Of a stretch of DNA of 64,000 bases, positions 12,930-25,856 are shown one piece after another (within the stretch, counting starts at the first letter, position 1; each line of letters opens with the position of its first letter). A model generated the notes under the pieces. That model made no database searches and was not told where the DNA came from. It saw nothing but the letters and a program-made list of their open reading frames with translations. Made by a program: the position numbers and the translations under genes. Origin of the DNA: Octopus vulgaris (Eukaryota); the NCBI GenBank assembly GCA_951406725.2, contig OX597815.1, positions 96,968,001 to 97,032,000 of the forward strand, written 5' to 3'.

Positions 12930-15338
12930 AATCGGAAACACAGACAAACAAACAATGAAAATATTCACAATCCTCATAACTTGGCGCCTATTACATCACT
13001 CTGATTTTATACTTGAGATATAACTACAGCTAAATATGTAGCATCGATGTCTCATTTCAATAATTTAATCCTATTCTGCGATATGTCTGCCGTAATTGAC
13101 TGAGGTGTTTGTATATTGTGTAACGATTATTTAAACAAGCGTGTTAATTAATTACTTTTAAGTCAGTGCATCGTACACTCAAGAGAGAATTCTATGAAAA
13201 ATTAATAATAGTTGGACGAGTTTATAAAAGATTTTGTGAAGTTTATTTGCTGTGAATTGTAAAAGAATATAACATTTGGAATATTTGTTCTTCGTCTGGG
13301 AAATACATCATTAGAGAGATGGGGTGAGAAGTATATTTTAGAAGTGTTAAAGTAATTGATTGGGGGTAGAGGAGATTTAATAAGATGTAGTGCAAGTAGC
13401 ATTCTATGTGAACTTTTCAGTGCAATTTTTAATATTTCAAACTAGATTAGTTAGTTTGTATTAGTATAGTGATTGTCATTTTAAAGAAATAGCAGTATAA
13501 GTGTAATTTATATTGGTGTTTATTAATCCATTCCATGGCATAATAAATACTAGCGAAGCATTTGAATAATGATAAATGAGCGTTCGACAGGGTTTCTCAG
13601 GGAATGTTCAAAGTGCTAAAAAAGCAGAGACCTGTCACTTATTTCATACCTAATGCAATTATGCATTATAAATGATACAGAAGCAATATATTTTACTATA
13701 TAAATAAACTTTATCCCCAGAGAAGTAAAACACGCGGATACTAATAATTGGAACTTCTCAAAATTTAATTTTGTTTAACTCACCCTACTAGTGACACAAT
13801 CAATGGTGGGAGAAGAAACAAGAACAAACCATAACAATAAGTAGCAATGAACGAACCTTTACCCTGAGTTTCAATTTACAAAATCTAATAGGTAAACCTC
13901 CTCACAAGAAAAAGACATTCGTCTTAAAATGAAGAACATATCAGATAATATAATAATTTATATAATCTTTCAAAATAAGATGTGATAGTCATGGTATAAA
14001 TAACGGCACTCAAAGGACGAGTAATTAGAAGAGAAATATTAATTGGAGTAAAAGAGCAACGGCAATAAATATCCATTTTATAAGCCAGATCAATTAGTTT
14101 CCTTTGATGTTTGATAAATTAGTTTGATGAGAGAGGTTCTGAAACTTGAATAGGTTAAGATTAATTATATTAGCAAAACAAAAAAATCTCATATGTTGAA
14201 GAAACGCACAGACATTACGAAGACGTACGCCTATAAGCCCACGCATGGATATAGGCACGCATGGATATAGGCACGCATGGATATAGGCACGCATGGATAT
14301 AGGCACGCATTAATACGTGTAAACCTGGAGGAAAAGAAAAGAATACAGTGGAGTAGCAATTCTTGAGATGTATATCGAGAAAAAATAAATATTCTTCTTT
14401 ATGTGCGTTGAGGGATGCTCCTTCATAAGTGTGTGAGTGTGTATGAATTTCTAAGTTTTAAAAACATATCAGTTTCGGAGTAAATATTTCAATCAAGTAT
14501 CTGATGTCTATTACAGCTATACTTTAAACATACGATTAAATACACTTGAACTTTCAGAGATGTCTTTATTCCTACATCCCCAAATGCACAAAGGATTCAA
14601 TAACAGACACACAGGAAGCTGGCGATGGTTTATTTCATGAAGTTGGATTACTTTGAATTTCCTGAGAGGGTGCGGATCTGATAAGTCGGGACTTAAATTT
14701 CATGCTCGAGAAATCTAATTTTATTTTATGACAGGAAAATACACGCACTTAAGCCTACATGTGTTACATATACAAACGCAAACAAACAACCACACACCAA
14801 CACACACACACGCACACACACTCTCTCTCTCTCTCTCACACACACAAAAACGCACACATGTTGATACACATTCACTCCACCGAGGAAAAAGTTTGATAGT
14901 GAAACTCACCATAATTAACAGCTAAGGAGTTCAATATATTTTGGTACACAATTTGTCTATTCATCCTATTCATATTTTATCTTTATATTTTATTATTATC
15001 TAGTTATTTTATTCAATTGTTTTATGTACTTTACTTTATTATTTTTAGTAAATCTAAACACAAACATACGAAGTAACAGACAAATCAAAAGTTCGCCACT
15101 CTTAACCTGGCGCCTAATCAGCCACTCCTTGAGTAAATATTTGTGATACAACTGTAGCTAACTTTATTGATGTAGCATTTCAATAATTTAATCCTATTCT
15201 AGGATATGACTGCAACAATTGACTGAGGTGCAACAATTATTTAAACATGCTTGCTAATTAATTTCTTTTAAGTCAGTGGAGCAGTTTCTCTAGAAAAATT
15301 CCATGAAAAATTAATATTATTTGGGAGAGTTTATAGAA
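12930..15338 (+). repeat. Diverged ~300 bp direct repeat pair (12930-13228 and 15050-15338)
   Basis: Shared collinear blocks TGGCGCCTA, CATTTCAATAATTTAATCCTATTCT, AATTGACTGAGGTG, TTTTAAGTCAGTG and ATGAAAAATTAATA. Confidence 0.85.
14240..14310. repeat. 16-bp tandem repeat (CACGCATGGATATAGG) x ~4.4
   Basis: Directly visible perfect units with no spacers. Confidence 0.95.
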
Positions 15339-15655
15339 TAGCTTAAGTGGTTTTACGCTTTAGATAAATGTGTTCATATGTGTAAGTGCGTATGTGTGGG
15401 TGTGTTTTTGTCTATGAATGTATTTTTGCATACACTCAAACATACGTACTTATATATATATACATATTATACTCATAGAAGTGCAACAGTGACAAAAGGT
15501 AAAATTTCCCTACAGTTCAGTATATAAGCGTTATCGTTGCTCATATCCAAATTCCGTTGCTGAAGCTTTTATTCTTCGTTTCAAAAACTAGTTTCTGCTT
15601 AGTAGGATGTAATCGAATAAATATAATGTGAAAGCGTTCACAAAAAACATGCATA

Positions 15656-15735
<80 letters not shown>

Positions 15736-18721
15736 TATATACTCATACAGACAACACAAATTCATGTATATTCATTTGTGTGTACATTTATATCCGTACA
15801 CATAGTTCATAGATACGCACACATATACACAGACATACATATATTATAAAACAGAATTCGAAGTGATTGTGGCGGTTTGTCTACCTTAGTAATTTCAGTA
15901 GAATCTTTGTGTCTGCTGTTTTGGAGATTTAAGTTGTATTTAACGCTCCAAATTAAAATTGTCCGAAAGATAACGTTTTCAGGCAACATAAATAACGGCC
16001 AATGTGAACTTAAGTTATACGTATTCCACTTGTCATGTCTATGTTCATTTTAACAGCAAAATTAGATTTAGAGTTAAAACAGTAACACCAGGCCTTGTGA
16101 GGATTTTATTTCAACTCCAAGTCATTGATTTATTATTATTAATTTACATTCTACGTACACTACTGCGACAAAAAGACTGATTTACTTTTGTGGAGGTCGA
16201 AAATATATAACCATCATAAATATTCTGTTTTAACCTAATTGCTGAACTCAATCGCTCTATTGCTTGGTCGTCATCTTGAATGATGATTTCCCAGTGTTTC
16301 AGCATACATACATACTTCTGTCACGTTTGTCTCGAATATTAAACAGCTATATATTGGATTAGCCTACGGGAATATATACCTGCAAGGCTATTTACCGGAA
16401 TATATGTTTCATAGTTAATTCGAAATAAACTTTTAGAATTTAGAAAAATATACTACTTTATTATTTTCTGTCCAGGAAATTTTACATTACAAAACCGTTT
16501 TACTCATCCATTCTATAATACTAGAAATGTTGTATATGTTTCTATATCAAAATTAATAAAGTATTCAATAAATTGCTTGACATCACATACGAGACCTATG
16601 GAACCTTAAGAGATCTGTCGTATTCAGTATTAAAATATGAAATCGGAAACGATCTACAGATAATATTATCACACCTAAAAAGCTAGTGCTGAAAATAGCT
16701 GCCATTGTATATTTTCGCTTCAGAAAATCACCGTATTTTTCCCGAAGAGAGTGAAAACGTCATCTGCTTCACGATCTTTGTAAACATGTAGTAGCAGCAG
16801 TTGTAGTTGTCCTTTACCTTGATGTAATTTTTTTTGGATGAAACTTATTATTTTGAATAATATTTTACGTTCACTTCCTGTCTGGAGTGAAAAATTTAAT
16901 GCTTAGCGTCAGTCCGAAAAATCTATTATTCAAAGTAATTCACTTTGAATGAAGTTGCTGCTGCAACTTGGGCACTAAAATGTACTCATTCTACAATCAT
17001 CACAACCATTGAGCTTTTCAAATCATGATATAATTAAACGAATTATAGTGGCTGACGAAGATTGACATGGTTAAGATGTGGTCAGATGGATACATTCCAA
17101 TATATCTTTAAATGATATACAAACGGGAGATATTTGCCAGAGGTATAACTGATATGTTTATTACGTTGGTCAACAATAATAAGGTGCCTCTCTTGGCTTA
17201 GAATCGTCCTTTTGTTTATTAATCGTCTGTCAAAACAGGCCGTTTAGGGTAAACAATGTTCTAAATGTCTTGTAGTTTTAAAATATACTGGGGAAATCGT
17301 AAAACTTTAAGTAAAGACTCCACAACACTGACGTAACCCAGAATAAATATACTGAGTAAAGGTTATCAGTATACTTCAACCACCTTTAGCTGTGGGTTAT
17401 TATATTATGTGTGAAATACAAGAATAGCAAAACACTTTATTGAAATCAGCTTGATATATAGATAATATGACTTAGAAATATATAACTGTGTACGATATTT
17501 ATGAAAATTCCAAAGAAAACGAGTTTTCTTCCATTTGGCTGCATGAGTACGTCCTTCAGCAGGTAAATTGCATACTAAAATTTTATGCTATTATGTAATT
17601 CACGGAGATATATTGTATGAAGGAATAACGTAAAAACTACTAGTAAAATCAAGAGAATTAAATCGCCGCGATTTGAATACATTTCATCAGCTACAGTTGT
17701 TTAGGAATTTAACAACAAAAACATCTTAAGTTGACCACTTGCTTTTAATGAAAATTATTTATTAGTTTCTAGGTTATTATTTACATATGCAATCACAGAG
17801 TTCTTTTGGAGCCTGTTTACGTCATTAGTTAACTTGACTTTCCATTAATCTTGTTTCGTTTCGGAGACTTGTCTTGTAAGAATGAACAATCGGAATGCTC
17901 ATATTCCTCTGCATACTCAAAACTATGAATAGCTTCATTTCTCTATATATAACAATTTAAGTATGCTAACTGTCTTCAAATTACGGTTGTTAAAGTTAAG
18001 CGTTTTCAAATTAGGATGACCATTCTCGCAAGACCTGCAAAAACCTCCCTTCAAGTAACGCTATTAACAAAATGTACAACAAACATGATATATTCTTATA
18101 GCTTTTCCAAATATCCAACAGTTTATTATGCACGTATTTTATGTAAACATCCATGTTGTAAAGAATTCAATTATGTTTCTGAATATGAAATTTGCTGCTT
18201 TAACATTCACAAAACTAATCAAATTTTAGATGCTCTATTATCATCTGGGGCGACTATTCTTTCATTTAAATATGTGGATATAAATTGATGCATAATAAAA
18301 CCAATGACCCACGGTTATTTACTGGATAAACTCTTGGACATTACGGAATACTTCAATTTTGTATCCTTTAATAGTATAATTGCTGATCTAAATTGCCACG
18401 TAATGTAATGCCATCACCATTAATTTGATCGTTTACTATATTGAAAAAGAGAGACAGAACTAATTCAACTTGTTATCAGTACAAGATTTTTCCAATTACT
18501 AAAGCTATTCAAAGCTCATCTGATGTATTAGAAAGAAATTAAAAGGTAAATGGATTATTTTGGGCACTTATTTTCTTATAAGCATCTATTATATTCGTGG
18601 TATGAACGTTATTTTGTAATCCATTAACGACAATATTATTATGATTGCTTGAAATATAATTAGCAAACGGTGATAAGGGTCGAAGTGTTATAATTGCAAG
18701 TATTGCTTCAACGCTGCTGCT

Positions 18722-18764
<43 letters not shown>

Positions 18765-18831
18765 GTCAGTACTGCTGCTTCTACATTCGATGCAACATGT
18801 ATATTTAGTTTTAATCGTTTAAGTACATTTA

Positions 18832-19007
18832 AGGCAGGGAAATGGGTGTATTCCCCAACTTTACGTTCTGAGCTTCACTTCAATCGTGATCTTTGCCTTT
18901 CTTCTTTTCCCTGTCATGAAATTAGAACCAGCTGAGCACTGGGGGCGATGAAATCAAGCTAACCCTTTCCCAGAAAAGTTGATGCCTTCTAACTATGTTA
19001 GAAAGGA
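18832..19007 (+). mobile_element. Decayed SINE family A
   Basis: TTTACGTTCTGAG...CTTTGCCTTTC...AACCAGCTGAGCACTGGGGGCGATG matches the family A core. Confidence 0.6.
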
Positions 19008-19699
19008 TTAACTAAATACACATACCTGAAATATAAGAATAGTTTTGCAATATTAATGTCAAATGTCGCATATTGTTTATTGCTAGGATAATTATTAGTG
19101 TTTTCATGTGTAACATGTGTAACTTGACTTTTATGCGGAACGTTCCTTTTTGTTAAGTATGTAATGTAAATTGTATTACAGTAAGCGAAGCGTAAACATT
19201 TTTAATGTTATTCATTTTCAAAATATATATGAATATTTTGTCAACAGTGGAACTTATATGCATTTGTATATAAATATTAACTTCTTCCGAATCACTTTGT
19301 ATTTGTGTCATATGCGTGTAAACAAATGGATACTTGTAACTTAGGACGTTAATTAATATACCCAGATGAATGTGTAAATATGATGCAATTTTTCATAGGT
19401 GTATAAAATGCCTTTTGATAAGCGATTTATGAATAGAGTAAAATACATGCATACTTATCTGACAATCACATTCGATAAGAAAGCTAAAAGGAACCAAAGT
19501 AAATCGTAGTCCGAAGAATGTAAGGAAAACGAAAATAAAAAAAAAATTATGCCATACCAGACATTTGCTTGTAAGATTATACCCATGCAGGCATCCATCC
19601 ATCCATCCTTACATACATATATACATAAATATATGTTGAATTGTGCCTTTGTTAATAATTTCTTTAGGTTATGTGGTTGACTTTTGCTTAAGATAAGTG

Positions 19700-21700
19700 T
19701 TATGTTAGTTATTATGTTTTATTAATCTTACACTTAGTTTCATGGCTGGCAAATTTGCTTTGATACGGTCAAAAATATTTTGTTGATGCGGATAGTGTGT
19801 TACTAGAAATGGTATTGTGCTTCGTTGATGGGTCCGTTTTTCTCGTCTTGCCCTCATTGAATGCTATTTCGCTCTCATTGCATGCTATTTGCAACTCATT
19901 GAATGCTATGTCTTTTCCTCATTGAATGCTATTTTCTTTAAGTAGGAAGTGGTAATTTTGCTTAAACAGAAATCGTTTGAGCTCTATAAGGTGTATGTTC
20001 TCGGTATTTACTATAGTAAAAAATTATTCTTGACTAGAACGTGTGGGATGCTGCGTTTTGTGTGTTGAGTGACATGATTTTAAAGTTTCGGTACTGGTGC
20101 GTTTCTGTGCTTTTGTAATAAATATCGGTTGTGATGCTGGTGTTGCTTTTAATTAACATTATGTCAAGAAATGCTAATTGTGTGCTGCTCATTTCTCTTG
20201 TGAATTTGAGACTAGGGTGTAGATTGTTGGGGAGGATGCTGAATTCTTCCAAACTTTCTAAGGATGTGGTTCAAATTAGGAATCCACCATCGAGGTATCT
20301 TTTCCATATGACCTCTATATGTGTTCTAAAGTTCATACCGTTGTTCTCTTAAATTTTCTTTTATATATGTTTTGTTCCAAGTATCCCAAACTGAAGCACA
20401 TCGCGTCCCCATAACTATGCCTCCAATTTGGATTTAGTTCTTTTTTTCGTTTGAAAAGGAATGAATTGTTATCGAGAATGAGGCTGACAGCGTCTAGTAT
20501 GATGGTTATAGTTAATCTACTGGGAATCGCTTCTTTAGGTTTCTCGACTCAAACGTTTATGGCAGTAATTCCCAAATCACGTGGAAATTTTGTATATAAG
20601 TTTGCTACATCGAATCTATGTGACAGTGAATTGGATTCTGTCGTTTTGGGCAGATGTGACTGGAAATGAATGACATCCCAAGTGAAACAGTGTTTGTGAC
20701 TACATAGTGATTTCAGGATAATGTCAATGAGGTTGCTCGGACGATGTGTAGGGCAGGCTTGATCAGCATAATGGTCTTAGTTTAATTTGTTTTTGTTTGT
20801 AGTAGATTTATGTAATCATCACCTCGTTTCTTTATAGCGTTTTGTATTTCTTTTGACCTATGTATTTTAGATAATCCATAGAAGTTGCTAGATTTGCTCT
20901 CAAAATTGGTAATATAGTCACTTTCATTAGAAGTGATGGAGTTATAATGTTTTGAGACTAAATAATTGAATTTCTTCATGATGCGGTGCTCAGTATTTGA
21001 GAGCATTTCATGGTAGAACGTTGTATCTTTCAACTGATCTTCAGTTATATCCCGGTTATATTCCATATCCATTATAACAATGGCACCCCCTTCATCCGCT
21101 TGTTTATGACAATTGTATTGTCATTTTTAAGTAGTATAAGGACAGATTTTTCTCGTTTTGAAATGTTTGGGCTGATGCTGATATTATGCCTCAGTGGAAA
21201 TCTGGAGAGGTATCAATGAACTGATGTAGATGTATAGTTCGTCATTTTGCCGGATTAAATTTTGATTCAGGTTTGGCCAAGGATTCGTCATTCTCGTTAT
21301 ATTTATCAGTAAGAAAAACTCTACAAGTTGTAGTTTCTGACAAAAGTTTTGGAAATCTTCCTCTAATTCCTGATGGTTGACTCAGGTGTATGTGTGAAGT
21401 TTAGTCATTTCATCTATAATCGAATTTGGTCACTCTCTATATTTCTTTTTGACCAAGTAATCATTTTATCAGCTGTTTCACAGTTTTTTTTTCTTGGACT
21501 TTTTCTTTCTCAGCCGTTTGCTGTCCTGACCCTAAAAGATAGATGCTTTTTTGTCTATTATTTCTTCTATTATTAACATATTTTCTCAAGTGAGCTTTGT
21601 ATTTTGGCTGTGGTGTTTGGTTAGTGATGTTTTATTTTTCTCTTGTTTCTAGGCAAGGGTATATTATTTATATTTTCAGTTTCTGAAAAACTTTTTGGCT
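19700..21700 (-). pseudogene. Old, frameshifted Penelope-like retroelement (N-terminus plus RT)
   Basis: Minus-strand fragments ADEGGAIVIMD, SNFYGLSKIH, FDVANLYT, WKRYLDG, LHPSLKFTRE and LAFLDIMLIK..TDIYYKSTETHQY. The RT motifs parallel the intact ORF at 52629-54149. Boundaries approximate. Confidence 0.85.
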
Positions 21701-21744
21701 TTATTTGACGATCTAATATCATATATATATATATATATATATAT

Positions 21745-21880
21745 GAAGTATGGGACAATTATTCGGTAGCCATGATAAAACTCCGAGTCTCGGATGTCGG
21801 AGTTTTATTATGGCTACCGAAAATTGTCACATATATTTACAGATAAATTCCTCTATTTACATAATATCGAGGTCTTTTTT
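21745..21880. mobile_element. Miniature inverted (hairpin) remnant next to (TA)n, probably a Penelope pLTR end
   Basis: Imperfect arms at 21750-21786 and 21797-21832 with a 10-nt loop. The left arm runs into (TA)n; the right arm continues ~50 nt. Confidence 0.55.
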
Positions 21881-21882
21881 AT

Positions 21883-21998
21883 ATATGATTACCGACAGGA
21901 TCAACTAGGTATTATTGTCGATGTCGTGTCGGTAGTTCGCGAATGAGGCAGCAGCGAGGGGCAGAAGAAAAGGGAAGATGAAGAAAAAGAGAGAAAAA
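21883..21998 (-). pseudogene. Dispersed fragment of the putative 5'ETS/18S rRNA junction (copy 1)
   Basis: Reverse complement of 21883-21911, TACCTAGTTGATCCTGTCGGTAATCATAT, matches the eukaryotic 18S 5' end TACCTGGTTGATCCTGCCAGTAGTCATAT. The upstream ~85 nt is shared with copy 2. Confidence 0.8.
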
Positions 21999-22919
21999 TT
22001 CACCTAAATGGAACAAGGATCCGAGTGTAGGAAGATTGTAAAGTTCGAACAGTAGGTGGCAGTATAGAGAACAACATGTGGAACGTATGCAATATGGTAC
22101 CGTAACAATTCATTGTCATCAATAAATTAATTATACACTTTACACTTTTTCCTATATCAACTATGCAGAGCAGTTTGGTGAGCTGAGAGTTGCTATACAT
22201 CCTATCATTAGCAACTAATATTACTAAAAGTGTGAATGAAATTAGTAAAATAAAATTAAGGGAATGAAACAGGTAAAATGTCATCTACATATGTTTCTTA
22301 ACTTTCTGCCGCATATTATGTAACTGCTACGCCGTGAACTCTTCTCAGTGTAGCTAAAAATAGGCTTCGATTACCTTAACGGAGTTTACATGCCGCACGG
22401 AATTATTAAGTCAGTCACAACACAAGGTTTACCGAAAATGAATACAAAAAGGACTAGCAAAAATTTTTTTAAATGAGAAACCAAAAGGTAAAGAGCGTTT
22501 CGCGAAGCAATGAACATCCTAGTATAAGGTGAAATCCTCCATATGCATAGTGCACGTAGTTTGACTGTAAACACCAAATTTCCAAGATATTTCTTGGAAC
22601 CTCCCGAGTCGCTTTCTTGGTGTCAGTGTTGATTTTAGTTTCATAATCGCATACGCGTTTATTTATGTAATGAACCACTCTCACTTTGTTATATTGAAGT
22701 TTATCAGGCAATAAATAAAGTCGCTGATGCTGAAAATCTACAGTATAGTCTTTGCGCAATTTACAAGTGAACTGACGTTAATATGAAATTTAAAGTTGGA
22801 AAAATATTAGATTCCTCTTTTCCAGTACACAACAACCGAAAAATCAATATACAGAGGACCTATAGGGATTGAAAATTCGAGGTTCATTGTGACACCTTTA
22901 CCTAAGAATAGATATGAAT

Positions 22920-23054
22920 GATTGATTGATTGATTCTAGTTTCAGCTCACGAGCTGTGGCCATGCTGGGGCACCACTATTTGGTGTTGCTACATGGTTTT
23001 ACTTCACGAATGCTTTTTAGTAACTGGATATGAGTGTTGATGCATTTTTTCATG
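22920..23054 (-). mobile_element. 5'-truncated LINE 3' end (probably CR1-like) with (CAAT)n tail and 11-bp target-site duplication
   Basis: TAGATATGAAT occurs at 22909-22919 and 23055-23065. The minus strand ends GGTGCCCCAGCATGGCCACAGCTCGTGAGCTGAAACTAGAAT(CAAT)n. Confidence 0.75.
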
Positions 23055-23242
23055 TAGATATGAATTCTTACATGATTCAGTACCAATGAACAGAAAACTA
23101 GGAGGCCATTGTGGAGAATATTTCAATTTTATTACCTGGATTGCTGTTAACAATTGAGGCTATCTACGGATGTTAAATGACTGTTGATCTGGTAGTCATC
23201 CATCGATGCTTCGCAAAGTTCGAGGATTAGGACTGGTTCCTA

Positions 23243-23414
23243 AACCATCCACTGTTTCGCCATTCGTTTACGGCATGGCTTAAGTTTGGAGAGAATCATA
23301 TGATTACTGGCAGGATCAACTAGGTAGTATTGTCGCAATCGTGTCGGTAGTTCGCAAATGAGGCGGCAGCGAAGGGCAGAAGAAAAGGGAAGAGAAAGAA
23401 AAAAGTGAGGAAAC
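23243..23414 (-). pseudogene. Dispersed fragment of the putative 5'ETS/18S rRNA junction (copy 2)
   Basis: Reverse complement from 23326: TACCTAGTTGATCCTGCCAGTAATCATATGATT...TTAAGCCATGC...GGCGAAACAGTGGATGG, collinear with roughly the first 100 nt of 18S rRNA, with deletions. Confidence 0.85.
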
Positions 23415-24274
23415 TTCGCCTGAATGCAACAACTAGCGTACACTAAAAGTTTGAAAATCTGTTTCTGAAGAGAAGACGAGAAAGATATATAAAAATGGAA
23501 CACAAATGTCTTGCAATAAAGAGCGCTATTATGAAATATGCAATTTACTAAAGATGTTTATACTGCATAGAAATGAAGGAACACCCACACACCTCAAGAT
23601 CGAAAATTATGGTGAGATTCTGTAACAGCCTAGATTTCAAAGGTACACAACTTTTCCTTACTCTATTATTAGCAATTCATGTTGACATAAAACCATGTGA
23701 CAAAATGAACATATCAACACCTAGCTACTATAGAACTAGTACAGCTTGCATAGGTTTTACAACAACTTGGCAGCAATGCTTAGGTTAGCACTCATAAAAA
23801 TAAACAAAATAATATATATATATATATATATATATACGCATATTGATATATGTAAATAAAGAAGCCATATATGCATATATGTGCATGAAAATACATAGTC
23901 GTTAGCTGCAAGCAAGTATGACCTGATGATATGTATTATGCGTTCGGTAATTGTTTGCTGTCTTTACGAGAGCGGACAATGACATACACACTCTGCCTAC
24001 CTACTCATAGCCCGCTCAAAACCGAAAGATTGAAATTGCCGAAGGAGAGCGCTGCATCATCACAAAAGAGGAGAGAAATTTAGCTCAGGGGAACGGAGAA
24101 AAGTTAAATGAATTAGCTGCTTCAAATAACCATCTCGTTGACCTATCCAGAAGTTCAAGCCATCAACTTAACACTAGAACGCGCACCTTGACACACACAC
24201 ACGTACGCACGCACATACGCACACAAACACACACGTACACACATACACATACACACACATTAAAAGGTATAAAG

Positions 24275-24425
24275 AGGTGCAACCAAAGATGTGTTTGTAA
24301 ATACTTTGCTTTCCGACTACGACGTATCCTGCCCAGTCGGGTTCAGTCAACAGCACAGGCCCTGTAGCAAGTGTCTTCACTTCTCCGGGCTGAAAGAATC
24401 CTCATTAGTGGATTTAGATCACGGT
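24275..24425 (+). mobile_element. Decayed SINE family B head
   Basis: TTTGCTTTCCGACTAC...GGGTTCAGTC...GCAAGTGTCTTCAC...AGTGGATTT resembles the 62825 copy. Confidence 0.5.
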
Positions 24426-25221
24426 CTCTCAAAATGAATATCTTATATATATATTTCTGTCTTCGTGTAGTCGCGTGTCTCATTGTATTGACATGGCAAG
24501 CCGCTTTGAAATTAACATCGTTCACAAACTAACGATAATGTTCATTTCAGATATAATGATGGACAGTGTCTGATCATTATGCTTCTTTTTGTTGGATGGT
24601 CTACGCAAATATGTTCTTGCTTGATGGTGTGCGCGACAGGAACAGAATTTCGTCCGAGCCATACAAGAATGGAAGAAATGAGCTTTAATTCTATAGTTAT
24701 GATGACGATGTAGATGATCTAGTTACGCATATATGATGCTATGTGTAACTGCCTGTGTTTATGCATACATACACGCACGCACTTATACAAGCTTGCACAG
24801 ATATTATTCCATCGGTGTACATCTCACACACAAATGAATGCACACTGCCACATACACACATACATAGAGTGTGTTTCTGTGTACACATATAGTGCGTTTA
24901 TACGCACTTATTTTGGACTGTAAGTAAATGTGACCAACTCTCTCCACAGATGATCAATGGCCAATACGTATATCACCAATGCATGATGTCAAATGTTACA
25001 CAGTATCAACTGATCTATATCCTAATACAAGATTGATAGTACTAAAAACTTCTGGTCATGAATGGACATAACCTATATCACATATATTGATTTTCCTTCC
25101 ATCTGAATTTCTGTTTTTCAACAAAATTTATGGTGGCACCATAGCGCATTTAAGGTCGCATATTTCTATATGTGTCTGTTTGTGTATATGCATGGCGTTC
25201 TATGTTCATGTTTACATACAT

Positions 25222-25258
<37 letters not shown>

Positions 25259-25279
25259 CATATATGTATGTATGTGTGG

Positions 25280-25324
<45 letters not shown>

Positions 25325-25624
25325 CTTATCTAGAATTTTCTCTATGTGTATTTGACCGTTTGCTGTGTGTGTACATTACAAGTCTGCTTGCAATATATTA
25401 CTTTCCCAAACGATCTATATATAGTAGCAATACAAAAATACATATATTCTGAAATTTATCATTCTGAATGTTTTCGTAATCTTTGAAATCTCTGTATCGA
25501 TTTGTTTGTGTTTTACATCTTGCTGTTCTTATTTTAGATATATCTCCAAATAGAGTATACGTACTCGCTCAGACGCACATGGATTCAAACGCACAAGTAA
25601 ACACACTCACACACAGACACACAT

Positions 25625-25762
25625 ATATACACACGTACATATATATATATATATATATATCTGTATGAATATATATATATATCTGTATGAATATATATAT
25701 ATATATATCTGTATGAATATATATATATATCTGTAGGAATATATATATATATCTGTATGATA

Positions 25763-25852
<90 letters not shown>
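25625..25852. repeat. (TA)n microsatellite with a higher-order unit (AT)n-CTGTATGA repeated 5 times
   Basis: Directly visible. Confidence 0.9.

Positions 25853-25856
<4 letters not shown>

Noticed and set aside
14240-14310. CRISPR-like array
   Set aside because: Contiguous tandem units without spacers, in a eukaryotic context.
23243-23326. Functional 18S rRNA gene
   Set aside because: Under 100 nt, mutated and deleted, with no downstream 18S/ITS sequence recognised.
22920-23414. A single chimeric 18S-headed SINE using the (CAAT)n LINE tail
   Set aside because: The tail segment has its own 11-bp TSD (22909-22919 and 23055-23065), so it is an independent insertion.
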